A stretch of 64,000 nucleotides of DNA from positions 79,641-143,640 of the forward strand of contig CAWDVO010000022.1 of assembly GCA_963805825.1 (NCBI GenBank), read 5' to 3'. Below the pieces are notes generated by a model. It saw only the letters and a program-made list of their open reading frames with translations. It did not search any database and was not told the DNA's origin. Shown piece after piece: positions 1 through 9,432 of the stretch; positions within the stretch are counted from its first letter, which is position 1; each line of letters starts with the position of its first letter. The position numbers were made by a program, and so were the translations under genes. Source of the stretch: Candidatus Brocadiaceae bacterium (GTDB lineage: Bacteria > Planctomycetota > Brocadiia > SM23-32).

Positions 1-797
1 TCACGTCGGCCGAAGTGAAGCCTCCGCACCCACAGATAGAAGGCCAAGGCAAGGTACACCAGGCAACCCACCAGGAACACCAGGAGACCGGGGACGACGC
101 CGCGTATCCCTGATACGAGGAGCCACGCAACCGTGAGGCCGACCAGGACCAGCGTGGCATACCATGCGGGGCGCAGCCGGAGCCAGAGGCCGACGGCCAA
201 TGCGAGTTGGACCACGGCCAATGTGCCACGAAACAATGCCCAGGGCAACGTCAGCGTAGTCGCGGTCGCCAGACTGTGCATCCCGCCGAGACCCATGAGC
301 ACGCAGATGATCCACAGTCCGGGCAGGTGCTTGGGGCTTGGTTGAGCCGCCCCAGCCGGCGAGGCAGTCGGTCGCACCGCCAGCGCCTCCTCGCCGGCCC
401 CAGCAGTAGGCGACGGTTTCGCGCGCCGCTTCGGGCTGACCATCCACCAGGCCCAACTGGCGAGGGATACTGTCGCCAGGATCGCGAGTGGGAGGGCAAC
501 GACCAGAAAAGGCATCGTATGCCAGTCGACCGAATCTGGACCGCTGGTGAGCGTGAAGGCAATCGACAGCGCGGCTATCATCGCCCATGAGACGCCGACC
601 GCGACTGCGGCCTGCATGGCCAGAGGCCGACGCTTCACTGCCGCAGCCATGCAGGTCCCCCAGACCAGGGCCAGCACACAGAGCCCCACGAGCCAGCCGT
701 ATTCGTCGGGAACCAGGGCGCCCACAAGAAACCCGATGCCCCCGACAACACCCCCGATGGCGAAAGCACTTCCAAAGGCTTTCAGAATTCTCTTCAT
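1..797 (-). CDS. hypothetical polytopic membrane protein, partial (C-terminus lies beyond window start)
   Basis: Manual minus-strand translation from ATG (complement of 795-797) gives MKRILKAFGSAFAIGGVVGGIGFLVGALVPDEYGWLVGLCVLALVW... and stays open to position 1. It is absent from the ORF track only because no stop lies inside the window. Several long hydrophobic TM-like stretches; GAGGA Shine-Dalgarno about 7 nt upstream. The listed 1..588 ORF is a different, R/G-rich frame. Confidence 0.45.
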   Translation of the reverse strand, partial: MKRILKAFGSAFAIGGVVGGIGFLVGALVPDEYGWLVGLCVLALVWGTCMAAAVKRRPLAMQAAVAVGVSWAMIAALSIAFTLTSGPDSVDWHTMPFLVVALPLAILATVSLASWAWWMVSPKRRAKPSPTAGAGEEALAVRPTASPAGAAQPSPKHLPGLWIICVLMGLGGMHSLATATTLTLPWALFRGTLAVVQLALAVGLWLRLRPAWYATLVLVGLTVAWLLVSGIRGVVPGLLVFLVGCLVYLALAFYLWVRRLHFGRR

Positions 798-1399
798 GTC
801 GTCCTCGTCGAATCAGTGCTACTCAGCTTCAGCCTGCTGCGAAGCCAGCAAAGGCCTGCCAGGCCATCGGGTCTCGCTCCTCATTGGGCTTGGGTGCCAA
901 CTTCAGCTCATTATGCGGCCAAGCAAGAAGAAGCGCAAGGCCGGTGTTGCTGCGAGCCAATGCAGGAGCAGAGCCGGGGCCGGATACATGCCGTTTTTTG
1001 GCAGTTTGACGAGCAATGTCCACATGTGTAACTTTCTGCCAACGCGCTTCCAATAGCCCTTGCGCCACCGAACCCCGATCGCGCAGAATGCTCCCTGACA
1101 ACTGAAAACGGGCGACAGTCGGGCGGCCGATCACCGCCTGGCTGTGGAGCCAGAGAAAGACCAAGGCCGTCTGGGGCCAGACCCCCAGGCGGCCTTTTTT
1201 CTTTGGCGAATCGCCCCGGAACGCACACGGGAGCAACCCGATGACGGACGAGCTGGACGACCAGATCAGGGAGAACGCGGCCCAGCCCCGGCGCGCGAGC
1301 GCCGACGGCGTCGAGGCCGAGCAGCACTCCCTGAGCGAGCAGATCGAGGCTGACCGCTACCTGGAGTCGAAGGACGCCATGCGGCAGGGGCGGCAGGGT

Positions 1400-1428
1400 T
1401 TGCACCCGCCCCCTCACCCCGCTATACT
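1400..1428 (+). promoter_or_regulatory. sigma70-like promoter (TTGCAC - 17 nt - TATACT) upstream of the SNF transporter
   Basis: TTGCAC at 1400-1405, 17-nt spacer, TATACT at 1423-1428, about 40 nt before the transporter start. Seen directly in the sequence; no experimental support. Confidence 0.3.
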
Positions 1429-1468
1429 GTGCCGCCGCACGCACTTACCACTCTTGGCGAGGATGCGT

Positions 1469-3067
1469 ATGGCGGCACGTGAACGCTGGGGTAGCAAACT
1501 CGGCATCATCCTGGCCGTGGCCGGCAGCGCGGTCGGGCTCGGCAATTTCCTGCGCTTCCCGGTGCAGGCGGCCCGCAACGGCGGCGGGGCGTTCATGATC
1601 CCCTACTTCGTCGCCCTCATCCTCCTGGGCCTGCCGCTGGTCTGGATCGAGTGGACCGTCGGCCGCTTCGGCGGCGGGTTCGGCCACAGCACCGCCCCCG
1701 GCATGTTCCACAGCCTGTGGAACAAGAACCGCTTCATCAAGTACTTCGGCATCGTCGGCATCGTCGGGCCGCTCATCATCTACATCTATTACATCTACAT
1801 CGAGTCCTGGCTGCTGGGCTACAGCTACTTCGCCCTGGCCGGCTCCTACAAGGACTCCCTGACGCCGGACGGCATGCTGGCCTTCCTGCGCAACTATCAG
1901 GGCGTCACCCCCGGCGCCGGGCTGGAGAAGGCCTACATCTTCTTCGCCATCACGTTCGTCGTGAACGTCGCCATCGTCTACTTCGGCATCCAGCGCGGCA
2001 TCGAGCGCGTCTGCAAGCTCGCCCTGCCCGCCCTGTTCGTGCTCGGCGTCGTCCTGATGGTGCGCGTGCTGACGCTCGGCGCGCCCGACGCCTCCCAGCC
2101 GGACCGGAGCGTCATCAAGGGCCTGGCGATGCTCTGGACGCCGGACTGGTCGGCGCTGAAGAACGCCCACGTCTGGCTGGCCGCCGCCGGGCAGGTCTTC
2201 TTCACGCTGAGCGTCGGCATGGGCGTCATCCTCACCTACGCCAGCTACCTTACCCCGCGCGACGACATCGCCCTGTCCGGGCTGACGGCCGCATCGGCCA
2301 ACGAGGTGGCGGAGGTCGTCCTGGGCGGCAGCATCGTCATCCCGGCCGCCTGCGCCTTCTTCGGCGTGGTGGGCACGACGGCGCTGGCCGAGGGCGGCGC
2401 CTTCAACCTGGGCTTCGTCACCATGCCGCTGGTGCTCGGTAAGCTGCCGGCGGGCGCGTTCTTCGGCTTCATCTGGTTCGCCCTGCTCTTCCTGGCGGGC
2501 GTCACCTCCTCCATCTCGCTGGCGCAGCCGGCCATCGTGTTCCTGGAGGACGAGTTCAACATGAGCCGGCGCGAGGCGGTCGGCGCGTTCGCCGGCGCCA
2601 CCCTGCTGCTCACGCAGCCCGCCATCCTGTTCCTCGGCCACGGCGTGCTGGACGAGCTGGACTTCTGGGGCGGGACGGTCCTCATGGTCGTCTTCGCGGC
2701 CATCGAGGCGGTCCTGTTCGGATGGGTCTTCGGCATCGACAAGGCGTGGGACGAGCTGCACGTCGGCTCGGACATCACCATCCCGCGCATCTACCGCTAC
2801 GTCGTCAAGTTCATCACGCCCGTGGTGCTGCTCGGGATCCTGGGTTGGTGGTTCTACCAGGACTGGCTGCCCGTGATCATGCTCAAGAAGACGGCGCCGG
2901 AGGACGTGCCCTACATCATCTGGACGCGCCTGATGCTGCTGTTGCTGGTGGAGGCGCTGATCTTCATGGTCTGGGTGGCGTGGAAGCACCGGACCGAGCG
3001 AGGCGAGGAGCAGGCCCAGACGCTCCAGCCGCAGCCCTCAGAGGGAGGCGCCGACGATGCCCATTAG
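1469..3067 (+). CDS. sodium-dependent transporter, neurotransmitter:sodium symporter (NSS/SNF, SLC6-like) family
   Basis: ORF 1241..3067. Sequence from MAARERWGSKLGIILAVAGSAVGLGNFLRFPVQAARNGGGAFMIPYFVALILLGLPLVWIEWTVGRFGG matches the SNF family N-terminal signature (GLGNxWRFP, EW..GR). 11-12 TM helices apparent. Start chosen at ATG 1469 (GAGG 6 nt upstream); ATG 1463 or the far-upstream 1241 are less likely. Confidence 0.85.
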   Translation: MAARERWGSKLGIILAVAGSAVGLGNFLRFPVQAARNGGGAFMIPYFVALILLGLPLVWIEWTVGRFGGGFGHSTAPGMFHSLWNKNRFIKYFGIVGIVGPLIIYIYYIYIESWLLGYSYFALAGSYKDSLTPDGMLAFLRNYQGVTPGAGLEKAYIFFAITFVVNVAIVYFGIQRGIERVCKLALPALFVLGVVLMVRVLTLGAPDASQPDRSVIKGLAMLWTPDWSALKNAHVWLAAAGQVFFTLSVGMGVILTYASYLTPRDDIALSGLTAASANEVAEVVLGGSIVIPAACAFFGVVGTTALAEGGAFNLGFVTMPLVLGKLPAGAFFGFIWFALLFLAGVTSSISLAQPAIVFLEDEFNMSRREAVGAFAGATLLLTQPAILFLGHGVLDELDFWGGTVLMVVFAAIEAVLFGWVFGIDKAWDELHVGSDITIPRIYRYVVKFITPVVLLGILGWWFYQDWLPVIMLKKTAPEDVPYIIWTRLMLLLLVEALIFMVWVAWKHRTERGEEQAQTLQPQPSEGGADDAH

Positions 3068-3155
3068 CGGCTGGATATTCATGGGCGTGAGCTGGGCCGT
3101 CATCCTGACGCTCTTCGTCTACTGCTTCAGCCGCACGCTGCGGGGCGACGGCTGA
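3057..3155 (+). CDS. small single-TM membrane peptide (32 aa) overlapping the transporter stop; possible small subunit of the NSS transporter
   Basis: ATG 3057 overlaps the transporter TAG (3065-3067). Translation MPISGWIFMGVSWAVILTLFVYCFSRTLRGDG*. Strong SD GAGGGAGG 8 nt upstream. Below the ORF-track length cutoff. Small companion peptides such as MetS are known for some bacterial NSS transporters (established knowledge; homology not tested). Confidence 0.4.
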   Translation: MPISGWIFMGVSWAVILTLFVYCFSRTLRGDG

Positions 3156-3295
3156 CGGGGCTGCCCGTCCGGGGCGTCCGTGCTGAAGCCCAGGCCGCCC
3201 CGGTAGAAGCGGATCGAGACGGCCGTGTCCCGGACGCCGAGGGAGATGATGCTGATGCGCGGCTCCGTGCCGCCCCTCCTGCCGCCCGCCCCCGC

Positions 3296-6200
3296 TCAGA
3301 CCAGCGGGCCGACCTGGAAGTCGCCGTCGACGTACGGGATGTCGCCCGGCCCGATCTTCGTCTTGCCGATGGCGATCTTGCCGAACTGCACGGCGTAGAT
3401 GCCGAAGGCGTCGCCGCCGTTGTCCGTCTCGACCGCGCCGATCTTGGCGCCGCTCAGCAGGCCGTAGACGTCCATCTCGGCACCAGCGAGGAAGGTGCCT
3501 CCGCCGCCCTTGCCGCCGCTCATCTGCACCTTGCCGGCGTCGCTGTAGACGGTGAGCTTGCCGCCGAAGTCGGCGCCCTTGAGCGCCAGGCTGCTCAGCG
3601 CGCCGTAGATGGACACGTTCGCGTCGACGGTCAGCGTTCCGCCGCCCTTGGGGCTGGCCGCGGACAACTTGCCCGCGTCCCCGAAGATGTTGAGCACGCC
3701 GCTGAAAACGCCGCCGGTGAGCGTGAAGCCCGCCAGCGAGCCGTCGATGGTCATAGTCGAGTCGAAGCTGCCGCCCAGGGCGAACTTGCCGCCGTTGCCG
3801 GACGCCTTGAGGTCGCCCGTCAGGCCGCCGGTCTTGCTGCCGAAGGAGCTGAAGGACAGCCTCTTCTTCGGGTCGGCCCCGTTGATGAAGACGTCGCCCG
3901 CCATGTTGCCGACGAAAGACACCTTGCCGACCGCGCCGTCCGTGAACAGCGCCGTGGCGTCCGCGGTGTCGCCGTCGCCGTCGATGTCGGGGGCGAACGT
4001 CACGCCGCCCATCGTCTTGCCGTTCAGGTCGTAGCCCGTCATGCCGCTATTGAGCGCCAGACCCTTGATCGCGCTCTGGGACGTGATGAAGGCGATGTCA
4101 CCGACGGCGCCCTTGCGGCCGTCCTTGATCGTGCCGACCGACGTCGCCCCGTGGATGATGATGCCGAGCCCGCCCATCGCCTGCGTGCCGCCCAGGCCGA
4201 TGGAACTGACCGAGCCGTCCTTGCCGAACTTGACGCTGATGTCGGCCAGGGAGACGTCCACCGGACCCGACACGTCGTAGATGGAGACGGTCGTGTTGCC
4301 CTGAGTGAAGACGCCGATGAAGCCCTCCTCGACGGAGACGGGTGTGGCCGACGCCGCCGTGTTGTTCGCCTCGTTGGTCTCGGTCACCTGGTCACCGACA
4401 TCGGCGTAGGCGATCCAGTAGTAGGTCCCGCCGGAGAGACCGCCGACCGTGCTCAGGTCGATGGGCACCTGGTAGGGCTGCGAGGCGCCGCCGGCCAGGC
4501 TGGCGTCGTTCATCGTGGTGACCAGCGTGTCCCCCGCGTCCCAGGTCTGGTCCGTGCTCAGGTAGACGCCCAGTTCGGATGCCCCGCTCGGGTCGGCGCC
4601 CGTGTTGTTCAGGGTCAGGCTCACGGTCCCCTGCCCCTCCGTCCCGATTTGCGTCGGGCCGGAGACGCCGCTGACGGTCAGGTCCACCTGCTGCGGCGGT
4701 TCGAGCGTCACCGGCAGCGTGGCGGCGGCCCAGTTGTTGTCCTCGTTGCTCTCCGGCACCAGGCCGGTCGTGTCCGCGTAGGCGATCCAGTAGTAGGTGC
4801 CGGTGGAGAGGCCGCCGACGCCGCTCAGGTCGACGCTCACCTGGTAACCCGTCGAGCTGTCGGCCGCCTGGTTCGAGATGGTCCGGCTGGCCACGAGCGT
4901 GTCGCCGGAGTCCCACGTCTGGTCCGCGCTGAGGTAGATGCCCAGGTTGAAGGCGCCGCTGTCCGCCGTGCCGGTGTTGTGGACTGTCGCGTCGACCGTG
5001 TCCTGCCCGTCGACCGCCATCTGCGCCGGGCCGGAGACGTCGCTGACGGTCAGGTCGGCGGTCGCCGCGGGCTGGGTGATCTTCGCCAGGAAGCCGTCCT
5101 GGTTCAGGGAGTAGTCGTTGTTGTGGCCGACGAGGTCGGAGGAGGTCGTCAGCCCGGCCACAAACGCGTTGTCCGACGAGTCGACGGCAGCGCCGTATGC
5201 CTGCTGCCCCTGCGCACCGCCCAGGAAGATGGCCCACTGCTGGGAGCCGCCGGAGGAGACCTGCGCGGCGAAGGCGTCCTGGAAGCCGTCGTAGGTGCCG
5301 ACGCTGCCGGTAAAGTCCGACGAGTAGGTCCAGCCGGTCACGACGGCGCCGTCCTGGGAGTTCACCGCGATGCCCTGGCCGAAGTCGCCGTTCGTGCCTC
5401 CCAGGTAGGTGGACCAGGTCAACGCGCCGGCGTTGGTGAGCTTCGCGACGAAGATGTCCTCGAAGCCGCCCTGGTAGTCGTTGTTCGCGCCCACCATGTC
5501 ATCGGACGGCGTCTGGCCGCTCACCAGGAGGTTGTCGTTGGAGTCGACGGCGACGCCCTGCCCGTAGTCGTCGCCGCTGCCGCCCAGGTAGGTCGACCAC
5601 TGCACGGCGCCGGCGGAGGAGAGCTTGGCCGCGAAGGCGTCATCCAGCCCGCCCAGGTAGTCGTTGGTCTTGTTCTGGAGGTCGGTCGAGTCGGTCCATC
5701 CGGATACGAGAGCGTTGTCATTGCTGTCCACGGCGACGCCGCTCCCCCACTCGTCGCCTGTGCCGCCGAGGTAGGTCGCCCACTGGACGTCGCCGCTGGA
5801 GTCCACCTGCGCCACAAAGGCGTCGCGATGGTCGCCCTGGAAGCTGTTGGTCGCGCCGTCCAGGTCGGTCGAGTCGATCATGCCGGCGATCAGGGCGTTG
5901 TCATTGGAGTCCACTGCGATGCCGTCACCCTCGTCGTCCAGGCTGCCGCCCACGTAGGTCGCCCAGTTCAGCGTGCCGCTGGAGGAAAGCTGCGCCACGA
6001 AGGCGTCCTGCGCGCCGCCCTCGTAGGTGTTGGTGATCATGGCGAAGTCGTCGGTGGACTGCGTCAGCCCCGTTATCAGCGCGTTGTCGGCCGAGTCGAC
6101 GGCAATGGCGTCCGCCTCGTCGTAGGCGCCGCCCCCCACGTAGGTCAGCCATTGGAGTTCGCCGGCCGAGTCCACCTGCGCCACGAAGGCGTCCCCGCCC

Positions 6201-7087
6201 CCGATGGGGTCATTGGTGTTGCCGGGCAGGTCGTCGGAGGTGGCGTAGCCCGCCACGTCGGCGTTGTCATTGGAGTCCACGGCCACGCCGTAGGCCACGT
6301 CGTCGTAGCTGCCGCCCAGGTAGGTGCTCCACGCCACGGACGGGTCGATGATCAGCTCCTGCGTCGCGTCGTACTGGCCCGTGACCTGGAAGGAGTAGGT
6401 CGTCGAGTTCACGAGCACGAACTGCCCTGCCACGCCGACCTTCTGCCCCTCGATGACCTGGTAGATGTCGGGCGCCTGGTCGACCAGCTCGCCGGCGGCC
6501 GTCTGCACGTGCAGCGAGCCGTCGTCCGCCATGGAAAGTCCGTCGACGCCGCTGTAGCTGACCTGTATCTGGCCGTAGTCTGCCCCCGGCGCCACGTCGA
6601 ACTCATACTTCAGCCCGCCCGGCTGACCGTTCACCTGCAGGTCGATCCCGTCGTAGAGCCCGGCGTACTCAACGCCCGCGTAGCCGGAGACGCCCGTGCG
6701 CCACGTCGACTGGTCGCCGACGTAGTAGTTGAATGCCGCCCCCGAGGGATCGACGCCCACCGGCGTCACCGCGGCGGCGCCGACGAACGTGGCCGCGAAG
6801 TCCGCCGACTGCGCGTCCGCCCCGCTGCCGTCCCGGAGCCGGAAGAGCGGGCCGGCGTCCGTCATGGAGACGCTGAGGCCGTGGTCCTGGAAGCCGTAGC
6901 GCACGGAGGCGTCCGCCCACTGGCCCTGGTTTTCGATGAAGAGGGGAGATAGCGCGTCGAACAGGTCCAGCGCCGGCGTCGGCGTCCCGTTCAGCAGGAT
7001 GCGCGGCTCCAGGACCTCCAGACTCAGGACCATCTGCGCGGACTTCGGCACGTCGTTGAGACATGACATGATGCGGCTCCCACCCAA
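3296..7087 (-). CDS. large secreted repeat protein: N-terminal LEPR-XLL motif, multiple SBBP beta-propeller repeats, two CARDB-like domains, Gly-rich C-terminal region
   Basis: 1263-aa ORF. N-terminus contains LEVLEPRILLNG (the LEPR-XLL motif typical of Planctomycetes). About 8 repeats of the pattern DAFVAKLSSAGAxQWSTYLGGSGDDxGxGVAVDSNDNxLVSGxT.S.D (SBBP). Two copies of VDLTVSGVSGP...NTGTA...YYWIAYAD...NEDNN (CARDB-like). The 933-aa antisense ORF 4151..6952 is a GC-shadow. Confidence 0.8.
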   Translation of the reverse strand: MGGSRIMSCLNDVPKSAQMVLSLEVLEPRILLNGTPTPALDLFDALSPLFIENQGQWADASVRYGFQDHGLSVSMTDAGPLFRLRDGSGADAQSADFAATFVGAAAVTPVGVDPSGAAFNYYVGDQSTWRTGVSGYAGVEYAGLYDGIDLQVNGQPGGLKYEFDVAPGADYGQIQVSYSGVDGLSMADDGSLHVQTAAGELVDQAPDIYQVIEGQKVGVAGQFVLVNSTTYSFQVTGQYDATQELIIDPSVAWSTYLGGSYDDVAYGVAVDSNDNADVAGYATSDDLPGNTNDPIGGGDAFVAQVDSAGELQWLTYVGGGAYDEADAIAVDSADNALITGLTQSTDDFAMITNTYEGGAQDAFVAQLSSSGTLNWATYVGGSLDDEGDGIAVDSNDNALIAGMIDSTDLDGATNSFQGDHRDAFVAQVDSSGDVQWATYLGGTGDEWGSGVAVDSNDNALVSGWTDSTDLQNKTNDYLGGLDDAFAAKLSSAGAVQWSTYLGGSGDDYGQGVAVDSNDNLLVSGQTPSDDMVGANNDYQGGFEDIFVAKLTNAGALTWSTYLGGTNGDFGQGIAVNSQDGAVVTGWTYSSDFTGSVGTYDGFQDAFAAQVSSGGSQQWAIFLGGAQGQQAYGAAVDSSDNAFVAGLTTSSDLVGHNNDYSLNQDGFLAKITQPAATADLTVSDVSGPAQMAVDGQDTVDATVHNTGTADSGAFNLGIYLSADQTWDSGDTLVASRTISNQAADSSTGYQVSVDLSGVGGLSTGTYYWIAYADTTGLVPESNEDNNWAAATLPVTLEPPQQVDLTVSGVSGPTQIGTEGQGTVSLTLNNTGADPSGASELGVYLSTDQTWDAGDTLVTTMNDASLAGGASQPYQVPIDLSTVGGLSGGTYYWIAYADVGDQVTETNEANNTAASATPVSVEEGFIGVFTQGNTTVSIYDVSGPVDVSLADISVKFGKDGSVSSIGLGGTQAMGGLGIIIHGATSVGTIKDGRKGAVGDIAFITSQSAIKGLALNSGMTGYDLNGKTMGGVTFAPDIDGDGDTADATALFTDGAVGKVSFVGNMAGDVFINGADPKKRLSFSSFGSKTGGLTGDLKASGNGGKFALGGSFDSTMTIDGSLAGFTLTGGVFSGVLNIFGDAGKLSAASPKGGGTLTVDANVSIYGALSSLALKGADFGGKLTVYSDAGKVQMSGGKGGGGTFLAGAEMDVYGLLSGAKIGAVETDNGGDAFGIYAVQFGKIAIGKTKIGPGDIPYVDGDFQVGPLV

Positions 7088-7456
7088 GAGTCACAAGACT
7101 GCGGCTGTCGAAACGTACAATGTCCCCGTCGGCTCGTGCCCTGCGGCACACGCGGGACCAACAAGAACGCGAAGCGCCCCCGGCAGGAACTACAGGTTGC
7201 CCGTCCGGTACCCGTCCCCCACTACGCAGCGCCCCCAACGTCCCAAGAAGCTCGATACATCGACGTTAGCGGACGCCGGCGGACATGTCAAGGCTTCGTG
7301 CGCGCCGCATCACGAGTTTCCGGTGAGCGCCGCGCGCCCGGTCCCCTTTGACGCCGCCCCGTGCCTGGGGCATAATGCCCCTCCACGGGGAACGCCGGTT
7401 CGGCACATGGCCGGCGGCCGAGCCGTGGGGACTGGGTCGAGGAGGGCTGTCCCGCG

Positions 7457-8314
7457 ATGGGCAATGTCTGGGTGGCGCTGGGGCTGACCGTCTTCGCCGG
7501 CATGGCCACCGGCATCGGCAGCGCCATCGCCTTCTTTGCCCGCAGGACGAACTACCGCTTCCTCTCGGTGGCCACCGGTTTCTCGGCCGGCGTCATGCTC
7601 TACGTCTCGTTCGTCGAGATACTGCGCAAGGGCGCCGACGCGCTCACGGCGGCCTACGGGGACCGATGGGGCCCCTGGGTCAACGTCGCCGCCTTCTTCG
7701 GCGGCATCGTCCTGATCGGCCTGATCGACGCCCTGATCCCATCCGCCGAGAACCCGCACGAGACGCACTCCCCCGGTGAGATGGCCCCGCTGCGCACCGC
7801 GTCCGCCCCGCCGGACGAGCGCGACCACCCGCCGCACGACGCGAAACTGATGCGCATGGGCCTCTTCACTGCGCTGGCCATCGGCATCCACAACTTCCCC
7901 GAGGGGCTGGCGACCTTCCTGGCGGCCCTGGAGGACCCGGGGGTCGGCGTGGCCATCGCCCTGGCCATCGCGCTGCACAACATCCCCGAGGGCATCAGCG
8001 TGTCCGTGCCCATCTACTACGCCACCGGCAGGCGTGGGAAGGCGTTCGTCTGGTCCGTGCTCAGCGGCCTGGCCGAGCCGGTGGGCGCCGTGCTGGCCTA
8101 CGCGGCGCTTCGGTTCCTGATGGGCGGCGAGGCGGGCTTCGTGCCGCCGCAGATGATCGGCACGCTCTTTGCCGGGGTGGCCGGCATCATGGTCTACATC
8201 AGCCTGGACGAACTCCTGCCCACCAGCCGCGCCTACGGCAAAGGCCACGACAGCCTGCTGGGCCTGATGACGGGCATGGCCGTCATGGCCCTGAGCCTGC
8301 TGCTGATGAGGTGA
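7457..8314 (+). CDS. zupT: ZIP-family zinc transporter ZupT
   Basis: 285 aa: [27 protein letters not shown]...[10 protein letters not shown]...[19 protein letters not shown], with a His-rich cytoplasmic loop (HETHSPGEM...HPPHD). Classic ZupT/ZIP architecture. Confidence 0.85.
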   Translation: MGNVWVALGLTVFAGMATGIGSAIAFFARRTNYRFLSVATGFSAGVMLYVSFVEILRKGADALTAAYGDRWGPWVNVAAFFGGIVLIGLIDALIPSAENPHETHSPGEMAPLRTASAPPDERDHPPHDAKLMRMGLFTALAIGIHNFPEGLATFLAALEDPGVGVAIALAIALHNIPEGISVSVPIYYATGRRGKAFVWSVLSGLAEPVGAVLAYAALRFLMGGEAGFVPPQMIGTLFAGVAGIMVYISLDELLPTSRAYGKGHDSLLGLMTGMAVMALSLLLMR

Positions 8315-8904
8315 CGCAGCCCCTTCGGGCCTTACCGTGCATACCTGCGGAGCCTTCCAAGCTGCCCGTTGTGACGGGGCGGCCGGGGCGCCGGCTCCGC
8401 CGCCCACGCCGACGGGCATGGTATGTGCCGGGAAGCCAGGCGCCTGACCCGGGGAATACAAAGAAGGCCCTACCCGCGGCACAGCCGGTGAGGAACCCAA
8501 CCCATCGCCGTCCCATCGACACATCTCTTGCGAGTGGCTATGCCGTCGGACTACAATGCCTCGCTCACAGTTGGTTTGCAGGACGAACACCCGGCCGTTC
8601 CGGGTGGGCGCCGTCCCGGAGGGGGATGGGCCCAACAGATGGTGTTCTACTGAGATGGTCTGGAGAGTTGGCGAACCGAGCCGCAGCCCGAGCGGCTCCG
8701 GATCCGGTCGGTTTCTGCCGAAGTGCCCGCTGTCCGCGGGCAGCGCCGGCGTCGCGCTCCGCAACGCGACGCCCCCCGTTCCCCTCGGCCCCGCCCCGAC
8801 GCACCAATCACCAGCAGGCCTCTGCCCCCGCCCCTCGAAGGAGATCGTGCGCTCTTGCCATTCACGAGGGACAGCTCCCGGCGGCCATCGCCAAGGGGGG
8901 CAAC

Positions 8905-9432
8905 ATGGGAGTTGAGGCCAATGCTGACTCCGGCGACGTCCTGGCCCTCAAGAGGGAAGGCACGCTGCGGGCGAGCGCGATAGGTTCGTGCGTGGTGGTG
9001 GCCGCATACGACCCGGACAGCGGCGTGGGCGGGATGGCGCACGTGATGCTGCCGGGCGCCCCCTGCGGTCCGCGCCACCCGAGGAAGACGATCTACGCCG
9101 AACCGGCGGTGGAAGAGATGATCGGCCGGATGTCGGCCCTCGGTGCGGAGCAGGAGCGCATACGCGCCTGCCTGGTCGGCGGCGGCAACCTGCTGGGTCC
9201 GGGCCACGAGGCCCCCGGCGTCCAGACCGTTGAGTCCCTGAGAGGCACCCTCGACGGACGGGGGATACCGATCATGGCGGAGGACGTCGGCGGAACGCAG
9301 AGGCGCAGTTGCATGATGGACGTGGCCTCCGGACGTGTCGCATACACGGTGGGCGGTTCGGAACAGAAGGAACTCTGGCGGTCCGGCTCCGGCCGGAAGA
9401 CGCCCGGTGACGGTAGTAAGGGGACAGCATGA
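8905..9432 (+). CDS. cheD: CheD-like chemoreceptor glutamine deamidase family protein (orphan)
   Basis: C-terminal 175 aa of ORF 8311..9432 from ATG 8905 (AAGGGGGG SD 5 nt upstream): MGVEANADSGDVLALKREGTLRASAIGSCVVVAAYDPDSGVGGMAHVMLP...CLVGGGNLLG...IPIMAEDVGGTQRRSCMMDVASGRV matches the CheD fold signature (SCV.V..YD...GG.AH.MLP ... GG..R). ATGA overlap with the downstream kinase start. Confidence 0.65.
   Translation: MGVEANADSGDVLALKREGTLRASAIGSCVVVAAYDPDSGVGGMAHVMLPGAPCGPRHPRKTIYAEPAVEEMIGRMSALGAEQERIRACLVGGGNLLGPGHEAPGVQTVESLRGTLDGRGIPIMAEDVGGTQRRSCMMDVASGRVAYTVGGSEQKELWRSGSGRKTPGDGSKGTA

Noticed and set aside
1241-1468. N-terminal 76-aa extension of the SNF transporter ORF
   Set aside because: Region contains a good -35/-10 promoter and no RBS at 1241. 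The conserved transporter sequence begins at MAARERW, so the extension is more likely 5' UTR.
1445-2989. 514-aa minus-strand ORF and 263-aa plus-frame ORF across the SNF transporter
   Set aside because: Shadow ORFs rich in R/H/D/G with no motifs. The transporter frame has a clear family signature.
4151-6952. 933-aa plus-strand ORF
   Set aside because: Antisense to the well-supported LEPR-XLL/SBBP protein. R/G/A/V-rich low-complexity translation typical of GC-rich shadow frames.
8316-8331. Possible intrinsic terminator after zupT (GCCCCTTCGGGC hairpin)
   Set aside because: Stem only 4-5 bp and no downstream T-tract; too weak to call.
7310-8764. 484-aa minus ORF over zupT
   Set aside because: Antisense shadow; ZupT motifs are unambiguous on the plus strand.
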